Source: Acidobacteria subdivision 13 bacterium RH2 MAG17b (GTDB lineage Bacteria; Acidobacteriota; Terriglobia; UBA7540). From it: a stretch of DNA of 64,000 nt. Positions within the stretch are counted from its first letter, which is position 1; each line of letters begins with the position of its first letter. The stretch covers positions 5,803-69,802 of the forward strand of contig NFUN01000164.1 in NCBI GenBank assembly GCA_002197525.1. The letters run 5' to 3'. A program made the position numbers and the translations under genes. The notes under the pieces are model-generated. The model saw only the letters and a list, made by a program, of their open reading frames with translations, did not search any database and had not been told where the DNA came from. Shown here in pieces: positions 1-8,627 of the stretch.

Positions 1-96
1 AGCGTATCGTATCACGTACTGGCCGGAAATAAGGGCTGGGCGTATCGTATTGCGGATTAGGTTTAGGCGGTGAAGTATAAATATAGAAAATCCGGA

Positions 97-384
97 TCAA
101 CGGTTCAGCTTGCAGAGGGCCAAAGCCTCAACGCAGGAGGCGTCCAGCGCGTTAGGGGAATCCTTGCGCAAGATTTGAAATACGGTTTCCAGCGGTAACG
201 CATCGCGGTATGGGCGTTTGGCCGACAGTGCGTCGAACACATCCGCCACAGCCAGGATTCGTGCCGGAAGCGTGAGCTGATCTGCCGTGAGCTTCTGGAA
301 ATATCCTTTGCCGTCGAGCCGTTCGTGATGAGCGGCTGCAACGTAAGTGAGCTCCCAGAACGCCGGAATATAATGAAAAAACAA
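97..384 (-). pseudogene. 5'-truncated HD-GYP (c-di-GMP phosphodiesterase) domain fragment
   Basis: Translation has the C-terminal HD-GYP motifs HHERLDGKGY, RILAVADVFDAL and KRPYR. There is no HD dyad or N-terminal part; homology stops at ~370, where an AT-rich repeat tract begins. Confidence 0.75.
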
Positions 385-403
385 AAGATGTTATTTTTTG
401 AGA

Positions 404-590
404 AAACGAAACGGCAAGTATTTGAAAATAAAGGGCCGAATGGAAAGACGAACCGGAAACGAAACGGAAAATGGCGGCTTTGCGAGCCAATCCTGCAAGA
501 ACAAGTTATAGATAACAAGCTGCTTAAATACAATTATTAGAATTCAGAAACGAAACGGAGCAACCGGCAACCTATTGAAAATAAAAGGCG
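404..590. repeat. AT-rich intergenic repeat tract
   Basis: AAACGAAACGG at 404-414, 457-467 and 548-558; TTGAAAATAAA at 422-432 and 575-585; much more AT-rich than the flanks. Confidence 0.6.
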
Positions 591-834
591 AGGATATGAG
601 CCGCGTCACGCATCCAAGTGCTGCGATTCCGCGGCGAAAATGTCGGGCGAAAACGAGGCATAAGCAGGGAGCAAAACGCCAGAGCCCCCATCGGTGGGCC
701 AAGAGAATTGGCTGGGCCGCATTCGCTGATAAACCCGCAGCGGCGTCACCGCGCTATACTGATTGGCACCATTGCGAAAGCAGGGCGCGCTCCGCGAGGT
801 TCGCATTCATGCCAGATGTTGGGAGAAGGACACA

Positions 835-2511
835 ATGGTCCGTTCATGCTTGGTTATTTTGATGGTCGCGGCAGCCGCCATGGCGCAGCAGAACAAAGCT
901 TCAGCCGGTTCTTCCCTTCCGCCCGTGGCGCCGGACCTTGCCGCCCGCCTCGCCAAGTGGAAGCCGGTCAGGATGCCGTTCGATTCCTCTCATCTCACCA
1001 CGCGCGATCGGCAGATGGTGGAAAAGCTGGTCGAGGCTTCGCAGGACCTCGATGACATCTTCTGGCGGCAGAGCGATCCCGAAGGTCTGGAGCTATACAA
1101 ACGCCTTGCGGGCAATCCCAATCCCGTCGCCGTTGAGATCCGCCGCTTGCTCATGATCAACGGGGGCCGCTTCGACCTGATTGATAACAACACGCCCTTC
1201 GTTGGCAGCGACCCTTATTCGCCGGATGCGTACCTCTATCCGCGCGGCCTCACGCGCCAGGAGATTGAGCGCTACGTGCGCGAGCATCCGGCTAAGAAGG
1301 CGGAAATCTACAGTCCTTATACGCTCGTGCGCCGGCGCGGCAATGAACTGGCGGGCATTCCCTATACCGTGGCTTTCAAGCCGTTTCTCGACCGGGCAGC
1401 CGCGTGCTTGCGCGAGGCCGCCACGCTCAGCGGCGATCCGGCCTTCGCCAAGTTTCTCCGGATGCGCGCCACTGCCCTGCTCTCCGACCACTTTTTCCAG
1501 AGCGATCTCGCTTGGCTCGATATTAAAGACCCGGAGTTCGACGTGATCTTTGCGCCTTACGAAACCTATTTGGATAACGTGCTCGGAGTAAAGACTTCTT
1601 ACGGCGCTGCCGTGCTGATCCGCAATGAGGGTGAGAGCCGCAAGCTCGCCCTTTACCAGAAGTATATTCCCGACCTCCAGCGTGCTCTGCCCGTGCCGTC
1701 CGGGGATCGCCCTCCGCTCGCTGGCCGCGCGAGTCCCATGGAAGTGATGGATAGCCCGTTCCGTGGCGGCGACTTGCGGCACGGCTACCAAGCCGTTGCC
1801 GACAATCTGCCGAACGACCCGCGCATACACGCCGAAAAGGGCACGAAGAAAATCTTTTTCAAGAATTTCATGGACGCGCGCGTGGATAATGTCATCCTTC
1901 CACTCGCAAAGCGGCTGATGCAGCCCGGCCAGGCCGCGCAGGTTTCCGGCGAAGGCTGCCTCACCTTCGCGATCATGCACGAGATATCGCATGGTCTCGG
2001 CCCGGCGTTCGCGCACGTAAACGGCAAGCAGGCGGACATTCGCGAGTCCATCGGACCCGTTTATTCGGGCCTCGAAGAAGCCAAAGCTGATGTAGTGGGA
2101 ATGGTTGGCCTGAAGTGGCTTGTCGATCACGGCGCGCTCAAACAAAGCGATCTTGACGGCTACTACGCTTCCTACGCCGCCGGGATCTTCCGCACCGTCC
2201 GCTACGGCACGGCGGAAGCGCACGGCCAGGCGGCGATGATGGAATTCAATGTTCTCTCGGAGCAGAACGCCATCCGCCGCGATCCCTCAACTGGCCGCTA
2301 CGTGATTGACTACAAGCTTATGCCCGGAGCCCTCACGAGCCTTGCCAAGGTTCTTCTGGAAATCGAGGCCGCCGGAGATCGCGCGCGCGCCGAATCCTGG
2401 TTCCGACGCTACGACGTAACGCCTGCTACGCGCGCCGCGGCCCTCAGCTCAGCGAGCGGCGTTCCGGTGGACGTGGACCCTATCTTCGCTTTCCACGTTC
2501 ACGTGGAATAG
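835..2511 (+). CDS. Secreted peptidase M49 family (dipeptidyl-peptidase III-like) zinc metallopeptidase
   Basis: HEISH zinc motif plus EEAKAD motif and NLPND; signal-peptide-like N-terminus from ATG 835 preceded by GGGAGAAGGA. Confidence 0.85.
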   Translation: MVRSCLVILMVAAAAMAQQNKASAGSSLPPVAPDLAARLAKWKPVRMPFDSSHLTTRDRQMVEKLVEASQDLDDIFWRQSDPEGLELYKRLAGNPNPVAVEIRRLLMINGGRFDLIDNNTPFVGSDPYSPDAYLYPRGLTRQEIERYVREHPAKKAEIYSPYTLVRRRGNELAGIPYTVAFKPFLDRAAACLREAATLSGDPAFAKFLRMRATALLSDHFFQSDLAWLDIKDPEFDVIFAPYETYLDNVLGVKTSYGAAVLIRNEGESRKLALYQKYIPDLQRALPVPSGDRPPLAGRASPMEVMDSPFRGGDLRHGYQAVADNLPNDPRIHAEKGTKKIFFKNFMDARVDNVILPLAKRLMQPGQAAQVSGEGCLTFAIMHEISHGLGPAFAHVNGKQADIRESIGPVYSGLEEAKADVVGMVGLKWLVDHGALKQSDLDGYYASYAAGIFRTVRYGTAEAHGQAAMMEFNVLSEQNAIRRDPSTGRYVIDYKLMPGALTSLAKVLLEIEAAGDRARAESWFRRYDVTPATRAAALSSASGVPVDVDPIFAFHVHVE

Positions 2512-2591
2512 TGAATCGGCTGAGTTATTTTGAATCCTGGCCTCAAGCTTGAGTAACAGTTGTCCGATAACACTGAGAGAACTTCAGCGGG

Positions 2592-2690
2592 GTCCGCTAT
2601 TGTCTTGCAGGCGTCGGCATCGGGGTTGAGTTCGTTGAGATCTCCTCGGAGTCTCAACGCGCTATCGAACAAGATCTGCTCGGGCGTTGA
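2592..2690 (+). pseudogene. Relic of a PilZ-domain C-terminus
   Basis: Frame 2592-2690 reads VRYCLAGVGIGVEFVEISSESQRAIEQDLLGR*, resembling the PilZ VRy...GxGxxF...I end; no intact start upstream. Confidence 0.5.
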
Positions 2691-2743
2691 AGCATTTCCC
2701 TGATGATCCACCGCCGGCGCGGCAAACGCTTTGCTTGCGGTTG

Positions 2744-2752
2744 TGGTATACT
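2744..2752 (+). promoter_or_regulatory. Extended -10 promoter for the DEAD-box helicase
   Basis: TGGTATACT (TGnTATACT) about 195 nt upstream of ATG 2947. Confidence 0.45.
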
Positions 2753-2946
2753 AGCACTGCGCTTGGTATAGCGGTTGTGTTGTGCGGTCCCTCTGGTTAA
2801 TAGCTGATCTGAGATTTCCCGCCTCCAGTCTTCTCCGTATGTCTCCAGCGTAATTCAAGTCTTGATTGGCAACGCTAGTTGCTGTGCTCGCCCGGAAGCT
2901 CGTGTGCGCGCCGCGACCGCTTCCGTCAGAGAAAAGGTAAAACCTT

Positions 2947-4164
2947 ATGCAAAATTTTTCAGAACTCCCGCTTTCCCCTTACACTCAGGAGCGGCTGTCG
3001 TCAACTCGCTTTTCGGTGCCGACTCCGGTTCAAGCCGCGGCGATCCCGCAAGCACTCGAAGGCAAAGACGTGCTCGCCACTGCTCAGACCGGAACCGGCA
3101 AGACGCTGGCATTCCTGATCCCGGTCATGGAACTGCTCCTGCGGCAAAACGCACCGGGGATCGCGGCTCTCGTGCTTGTTCCGACACGCGAACTCGCCAT
3201 GCAGGTTGTGGATCAATACAACGTGCTGAGGGGAAAACGGCTTTCACCCGCCGCGCTCGTGGTGGGAGGCTTAGCCGAAGGGCAACAACTCACCGCGATA
3301 CGCAAAGGCGCTCGCCTGGTGGTCGCCACGCCGGGCCGGCTGGAAGATTTCCTCGACCGCAAACTTTTCCACTTCCACTCGCTGCGAATGCTCGTCCTCG
3401 ATGAATCGGATCGCATGTTGGACATGGGATTTCTCCCGGCGATTCGCAGGATTGTGGCGGTCCTGCCCAAGGAACGCCAGACGATGTGTTTCTCCGCAAC
3501 GCTCGAAGCCTCCGTGGCGCACCTCGTCAAGGACTACCTGAAGAATCCAGTGCGCGTCGCGCTGGGCTCAATTCAGAAGCCTTCGGAAAATGTGCGGGTG
3601 CAGGCGTTTGAGGTTACCTCCGGCCGCAAGGAACAGGTGCTGCACCGGCTGCTCGCCAAAGAGACGGGCCGCTGCCTGATCTTTGCGCGCACCAAGCGCG
3701 GAACTGAGCGGCTGGCGAAGAGCCTGACTCGCGAAGGATTCGCCGCCGCCATGATCCACGGTGACCGCTCGCAATCGCAGCGAACTGCGGCGCTGGCCGG
3801 ATTCCAGCAAGGCCGCTACCGCGTGCTGGTGGCCACGGACTTGGCCTCGCGCGGCATTCACGTCCAGGACATCGCCCACGTCATTAACTACGACCTGCCT
3901 GAAGTCGCGGAAAGCTTCATCCATCGGGTAGGGCGCACCGGGCGCGCAGGCAAACACGGCGTCGCTTCCACGCTTTTCGCCAAAGACCAGTTGCCGGAGT
4001 TACACCAATTGGAGCGTTCGCTCGGCATTCGCATGGAAAGAATGCGGACGGATGACAACGTATCTGACGCACAGGACCGGATACGGGTGAAAATTAATCG
4101 CGTTGAATCGCGCTCCGGCCCCAGAATGGCCCGGCTTCCGGGCGAGGTCTTGCAAGCTCAGTAG
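2947..4164 (+). CDS. DEAD-box RNA helicase (RhlE-like)
   Basis: Q motif PTPVQ, AQTGTGKT, PTRELA, TPGRL, DESD (variant motif II), SAT, HRVGRTGR. Confidence 0.95.
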   Translation: MQNFSELPLSPYTQERLSSTRFSVPTPVQAAAIPQALEGKDVLATAQTGTGKTLAFLIPVMELLLRQNAPGIAALVLVPTRELAMQVVDQYNVLRGKRLSPAALVVGGLAEGQQLTAIRKGARLVVATPGRLEDFLDRKLFHFHSLRMLVLDESDRMLDMGFLPAIRRIVAVLPKERQTMCFSATLEASVAHLVKDYLKNPVRVALGSIQKPSENVRVQAFEVTSGRKEQVLHRLLAKETGRCLIFARTKRGTERLAKSLTREGFAAAMIHGDRSQSQRTAALAGFQQGRYRVLVATDLASRGIHVQDIAHVINYDLPEVAESFIHRVGRTGRAGKHGVASTLFAKDQLPELHQLERSLGIRMERMRTDDNVSDAQDRIRVKINRVESRSGPRMARLPGEVLQAQ

Positions 4165-4170
4165 CATCAG

Positions 4171-4203
4171 GCCGCGGACCCGCTCTCCGGATCCGCGGCT
4201 TTT
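4171..4203 (+). terminator. Rho-independent terminator
   Basis: GCCGCGGA...TCCGCGGC stem followed by TTTT, 6 nt after the helicase stop. Confidence 0.75.
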
Positions 4204-4506
4204 CCTTCTGCCAAGCCTTTCATAATTCCCCTACCCAATAAAACTGCCTCATTCGTCTCACCTGTTCCGCTGCGATCTGCTAGGCTTTACCGGAGGACTG
4301 AATGGCGGGATTAGTGCGGTCCCCAAGCGAATGCCGTCCGCGATAGCGGGCCCGATCTCGCATACGAAAGTTGTCCATCGAAGTCTAGCGGCTCTTTAGA
4401 ATCAACAAAACGCTTCGCAGGGCATAGGACCCGTAGCCGAGAACGGGGCGGGACGCTGAAGTAGATCGGGAGCGCCGTGGTCCTGGCCCAGACGATTGAT
4501 AACCCA

Positions 4507-5814
4507 ATGAATTCGTTGCAAATCTGGCATCCTTACACCCATCCCACGCTTGACCCGCCGCCGATTGCGGTCGAGAGCGCGGAGGGCGTCTACCTATACA
4601 CCGAGGATGGCCGCCGGCTGATCGACGCCATCTCTTCGTGGTGGGTTACGCTGCACGGGCACGCCCATCCAAGGATCGCCGCCGCCATCGCCGCGCAGGC
4701 GCAGCGGCTGGAGCAGGTCATCTACGCTGGCTTCACGCACGAAAAGGCGGAAGCGCTGGCCGCCCGGCTGCGCGAGGTTACGCCGCCATCGCTCACGCAC
4801 CTCTTTTTCTCCGATGACGGCTCTACAGCCGTCGAGGTAGCGCTGAAAATGGCCGTACAGTTTTGGCACAACCAGGGCAAAGCGCAGAAAAACCGGCTGA
4901 TCGCGCTCGAGCGCGCCTACCACGGGGATACCACGGGCGCCATGTCGGTGAGCGCAGATTCCAGCTTCACGGCGGCCTTTCGCGGTATGCTCTTCCCCGT
5001 CTACCGGGCGCATTCCGCATACTGCTTTCGCTGCCCTGTGGGAAAGACGCGCGCAACATGCTCCATCGAGTGTATCGAGAGCCTTGAAGCGCTACTCGAA
5101 CGGCATGCCGAGGAGACGGCCGCCGTAATCGTCGAGCCTCTGCTGCAAGGAGCCGGAGGCATGATCGTCCATCCGCCGGAATTTCTACAGAAAATTCGGG
5201 ACCTGACGCACCGCTACGGCGTCCTGCTCATCGCGGATGAAGTCCTCACCGGCTTCGGACGCTGCGGGCGTATGTTTGCCTGCGAAGTGGCTGGCATCGA
5301 GCCGGACCTGATGTGCCTTTCAAAGGGGCTTACGGGCGGATTTCTTCCCCTCGGCGCGACGCTGTGCAGCGGACGAGTCTTTGAAGCGTTTCGCCAGCCG
5401 GACCGTCGCGCCACGTTCTTTCATGGGCATTCCTACACGGCGAATCCGATTGCCTGCGCCGCCGCGCTCGCCAACCTGGAAATCTTCCGGGACGAGCCGG
5501 TTTTTGAACGCATCGCCGCCATCGCACGAATACACCAGGAACAGCTTGAGCGTTTTCGGAGCCACCCGGCGGTCTGCGATGTGCGCAGCATCGGCACGGT
5601 TGCCGCAATGGAGTTGAAGGCCGATGACCCCGGATATCTTTCCGCCCTCCGCCCGCGCCTTTATGACTTTTTCCTCTCGAAAGGTGTCTTGCTGCGCCCG
5701 CTCGGCAACGTCATTTACGTTCTTCCGCCTTATCTCATCACGCCCGATGAACTGCGAAGCGTTTACGGGGTAATTGAAGAGGCGCTTGAGAAGGTCGTGC
5801 CGAGTGAGGGGTGA
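4507..5814 (+). CDS. bioA: Adenosylmethionine-8-amino-7-oxononanoate aminotransferase
   Basis: IWHPYT, DAISSWWVTLHGH, GSTAVEVALKMA, YHGDT, DEVLTGFGR, SKGLTGG (PLP Lys), HGHSYTANP, LRPLGN. Confidence 0.95.
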   Translation: MNSLQIWHPYTHPTLDPPPIAVESAEGVYLYTEDGRRLIDAISSWWVTLHGHAHPRIAAAIAAQAQRLEQVIYAGFTHEKAEALAARLREVTPPSLTHLFFSDDGSTAVEVALKMAVQFWHNQGKAQKNRLIALERAYHGDTTGAMSVSADSSFTAAFRGMLFPVYRAHSAYCFRCPVGKTRATCSIECIESLEALLERHAEETAAVIVEPLLQGAGGMIVHPPEFLQKIRDLTHRYGVLLIADEVLTGFGRCGRMFACEVAGIEPDLMCLSKGLTGGFLPLGATLCSGRVFEAFRQPDRRATFFHGHSYTANPIACAAALANLEIFRDEPVFERIAAIARIHQEQLERFRSHPAVCDVRSIGTVAAMELKADDPGYLSALRPRLYDFFLSKGVLLRPLGNVIYVLPPYLITPDELRSVYGVIEEALEKVVPSEG

Positions 5815-6973
5815 CGTGAAAGCGGTGGTCGGATCTGTTTTTTGCAGCGGCAGCCCCGGGCTTACATGACGGACAGACGCCCGTCAGCTTTACAAACCGC
5901 CGGGCTGAGGGCACAGAGATTCTATGATCACCGGATACAGCAGGAGAGGAGTTCGCACCGGAGGGTGCGGCGTGCGCAGTGCTCGCGCCTTTAAGTTGTT
6001 CATACACTTGCCGGATCGCGTGCGGGGCAAGATCGAGGGCGCGAAGGTTGAAGGCAGAAGAGGAGAGCAGGCGGCGCTCCACTTGCGAGAGCGACTCGCC
6101 TTGCTGGATGCCACCTTGTACTCCAGCCTTCAGCCAACCGAGAAATCCTTGGAAGGCGGCCAGGTCTTTCTGAGGGCCGGGTTCCCCGTGGCCGGGCACG
6201 AAGACGTCTGCGTTCCATTTTTCAAGCTTTCCCAGAGCCGTGATCCAGCGCGTGATGTCTCGCGAACCTACCTGCGGCACGTAGCCGTTAACGTAAAGGT
6301 CGCCCAGAAAAAGCGTCTTATCCTGAGGAAGGTAAACCACCGCGTCGCCACTATTCTTCCCTGGTGGCCCACAGTTCATACTCACGACGCGGATCTCCTC
6401 GCTCCCCAAATGAAAAGTTGTTTCGCCCGTGAAAGTTTGAGTGGGCAGGGTGAAGTGAATCCCGCGCATGCGAACCGGAAGCTCAGGGTCAAAAGACATT
6501 CGATGGCCGAGCGACAATTGATAAGACTGCATCTGCGCTTCCGCCGCGGAGGTCGAGACGATAACCGCGTGCTGCTCGGCGAAGACTTCGTTGCCGAGCA
6601 CCTGGTCGGCTTGCGGGCCCAAGTTAATGACGAGGCGGACGGGAAGGCCGGTGCGCTGCCGGATCTCATAAAGAATCTCGCGCGCGTGAAACGGATTGTT
6701 GGCGGTATCGATCACCACCACGCCTTGATCCGTGATGACGAAGCCCACGTTTACGGCGCGGTTGAAGTCCGGGTCGCCGTTCTGATCCATGATATCCTCG
6801 GGAACCCAAACAAACGTGTGCGGCGCGATCTGCTGCACTTTGTAATCGCCTTGGGCGGCACACGGCGCCCGCAGAGGGAAAAAGCCGATCGCGGCGAAAA
6901 GCGCCAGCCACGCCGCGAAATGCCGCTGGGAAGCCGCATGCGAATCCTTCGTGTTTGAGCGCACCTTGGACAT
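5738..6973 (-). CDS. Exported MBL-fold protein with degenerate metal-binding motifs
   Basis: NVGFVITDQGVVVIDT, FLGDL and VPGHG are MBL-fold motifs; HxHxDH is replaced by GPQADQ; hydrophobic N-terminal signal. The low-complexity C-terminal tail overlaps the bioA 3' end. Confidence 0.75.
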   Translation of the reverse strand: MSKVRSNTKDSHAASQRHFAAWLALFAAIGFFPLRAPCAAQGDYKVQQIAPHTFVWVPEDIMDQNGDPDFNRAVNVGFVITDQGVVVIDTANNPFHAREILYEIRQRTGLPVRLVINLGPQADQVLGNEVFAEQHAVIVSTSAAEAQMQSYQLSLGHRMSFDPELPVRMRGIHFTLPTQTFTGETTFHLGSEEIRVVSMNCGPPGKNSGDAVVYLPQDKTLFLGDLYVNGYVPQVGSRDITRWITALGKLEKWNADVFVPGHGEPGPQKDLAAFQGFLGWLKAGVQGGIQQGESLSQVERRLLSSSAFNLRALDLAPHAIRQVYEQLKGASTAHAAPSGANSSPAVSGDHRISVPSARRFVKLTGVCPSCKPGAAAAKNRSDHRFHVTPHSARPSQAPLQLPRKRFAVHRA

Positions 6974-7036
6974 GACCGGATAAGTCCCAAGATATTGAAG
7001 ATCGCGGGACGGTGCAAGGGGGACCGGCGGACAAGG

Positions 7037-7138
7037 CGTGCTGTTTACCGCCGTTTCCCGGCAAGCGTGTCCCCCAACGTAGCGCGTCCCCGCCGAGTTC
7101 CACGTGCTGTTTACCGCCGTTTCCCGGCAAGCGTGTCC
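7037..7138. repeat. Two identical 36-bp direct repeats separated by 30 bp
   Basis: CGTGCTGTTTACCGCCGTTTCCCGGCAAGCGTGTCC at 7037-7072 and 7103-7138. Confidence 0.9.
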
Positions 7139-7149
7139 GGAGCGTGCCT

Positions 7150-7575
7150 TCAAACGTCCACGAAAACCTGCGCACGCCAGAGGTCACCCTCTCGCGCGAA
7201 CGCTAATTGATGGTAGGTCACCGCCTTGACCAAGGCCTTCAAGCGATGCCGGGACGGGTCAAACCGCTCGCCCCGCCCGGTGGCCGATAATGAAGTTTCA
7301 GTCAGGGCTCCAATTTCAAATCGCCGCAGGAGCCATCCCTCTGCATCCTGCAAGTAGAGGATCTCACTGAGCCAGTTCACGAGCAACCCTGGCCAGTCCG
7401 GACCGTGCACGCTCAGATTCAGCGAGTGCTTTATGGAGACCGAATCCAAATCAACCCGCAAATGCGTAAGGGCGAGCGCCGCGTTGGCAAACGCCTCCTC
7501 AGGCGTCTTTCCAAACGCTTCAAAGCCCACGTCAGCGGGATGCTCTAGAATCCGGAAAGGCTCTTCAGGCGTCAC
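7150..7575 (-). CDS. Archease
   Basis: LEHPADVG N-terminal motif, VKAVTYHQL, and terminal VFVDV; GTG start with GGAG SD. Confidence 0.9.
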   Translation of the reverse strand: MTPEEPFRILEHPADVGFEAFGKTPEEAFANAALALTHLRVDLDSVSIKHSLNLSVHGPDWPGLLVNWLSEILYLQDAEGWLLRRFEIGALTETSLSATGRGERFDPSRHRLKALVKAVTYHQLAFAREGDLWRAQVFVDV

Positions 7576-7856
7576 AATTCTCCTGTCCCGGAATTATAGC
7601 GTGATCTTCGCGCCGTCCTCTCCGGGAGGATCGACCAAGCCGCTGCTGAGCTCGCGCGCCGTTTCGCTTAACAGAACCGGCTGTCCCCAGGCGCTAGGGA
7701 CGCACGTCAGCGGCGCGCAAAAAGTTTGCCTTTTAGGGAACTCAATCGGTACGATGACTGGTGCTGTTTCGCAGCGTTCTCCGGAACGCCGGCGCGAGAC
7801 TTTGCATCGCGTCCGCTCAAATCTAACGTACAAAATTCAAGGAGCCGTCCTAAACC

Positions 7857-8423
7857 ATGGAATGGGTAGCGCTGGGTATCGTCGCCGTCGCCATTATTGC
7901 CGTAGCTATCTTGATCGCTCGCACCAAAGACGCTTTGCGGCGCCAGGCGGGCGATTTGAATAAGGCATGGTCTGATATCGAGGTGTTGCTCAAGCGGCAA
8001 AACGATGATCTCCCGCGCCTGCTGCAGACCTGCCGCAGCTATATGCCCGGAGAGCAGGGCGCTCTCCAAATTGTAACCGAGTCGCGGGCTGCCTATCTGA
8101 AGGCGAAGAGCATCCCGGAAAAGGCTTCGCGCGACGCAGCGCTGCGCAGCGCCCTGCGGGCCATGTTTGCGCAAGCCGCGCGCTATCCCGAACTTAAAAC
8201 CAACAGCACATTTTCTCAGCTCCAGAATGAGCTGCTCGAAATTGAGGAAAAAATTGAGGATCGCCGCGAGATCTTTAACGACGATGTGCGGCGATTCAAC
8301 CGCCGTCTTGCAGGTCCACTAGCCGGTTGGCTGGCTGCGAAGATGAAGCTGCGGCCTCATGCGCTTTTTGAGGCTTCGGAGAAGACGACAAAAACTTCAG
8401 CGGCCTCCTTCAAATCCGAATAG
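7857..8423 (+). CDS. LemA family protein
   Basis: N-terminal TM helix, AWSDIEVLLKRQNDDLPRL, YPELKTN, FNDDVRRFN; AAGGAG SD. Confidence 0.85.
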   Translation: MEWVALGIVAVAIIAVAILIARTKDALRRQAGDLNKAWSDIEVLLKRQNDDLPRLLQTCRSYMPGEQGALQIVTESRAAYLKAKSIPEKASRDAALRSALRAMFAQAARYPELKTNSTFSQLQNELLEIEEKIEDRREIFNDDVRRFNRRLAGPLAGWLAAKMKLRPHALFEASEKTTKTSAASFKSE

Positions 8424-8487
8424 CGCCCTTTCGCGGGCGGACTTGGAAGTCTGGTCCCGTCGGCGCGAGATCGCGCTCAAGCCCAAT

Positions 8488-8519
8488 AAAAAAAGGCCCG
8501 CTAGGGTGAAGCGGGCCTT
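8488..8519 (-). terminator. Rho-independent terminator downstream of the Lys-rich micro-ORF
   Basis: Minus strand AAGGCCCGCT-loop-AGCGGGCCTT followed by a U run (7 A on + strand at 8488-8494). Confidence 0.8.
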
Positions 8520-8544
8520 GGGGAAAGGAGAAAATACGGGAGCG

Positions 8545-8583
8545 TTACCTCTTCTTCTTTGCGGCTTTCTTCTTTGGGGCCAT
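8545..8583 (-). CDS. 12-aa lysine-rich micropeptide MAPKKKAAKKKR (histone H1-like repeat unit)
   Basis: ATG GCC CCA AAG AAG AAA GCC GCA AAG AAG AAG AGG TAA; strong SD GGAGAGGAGG upstream, TTGACA box upstream, terminator downstream. Confidence 0.65.
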   Translation of the reverse strand: MAPKKKAAKKKR

Positions 8584-8627
8584 CTGTTGAGTAACCTCCT
8601 CTCCAAAGTATCTAAATCTCAAGCGTA

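Noticed and set aside
2-50. GCGTATCGTAT repeated at 2-12 and 40-50
   Set aside because: Only two 11-mers at the window edge; not enough context to interpret.
835-2511. HEISH rather than HExxGH as a novelty
   Set aside because: Pentapeptide-motif M49 peptidases are already known in bacteria and plants.
7037-7138. CRISPR array call
   Set aside because: Only two repeats, no AT-rich leader and no cas genes in the window; kept as a repeat and a low-level finding.
6974-7153. N-terminal extension of the MBL ORF containing GHACRETAVNST twice
   Set aside because: It is just the translation of the 36-bp DNA repeat; the signal peptide follows ATG 6973.
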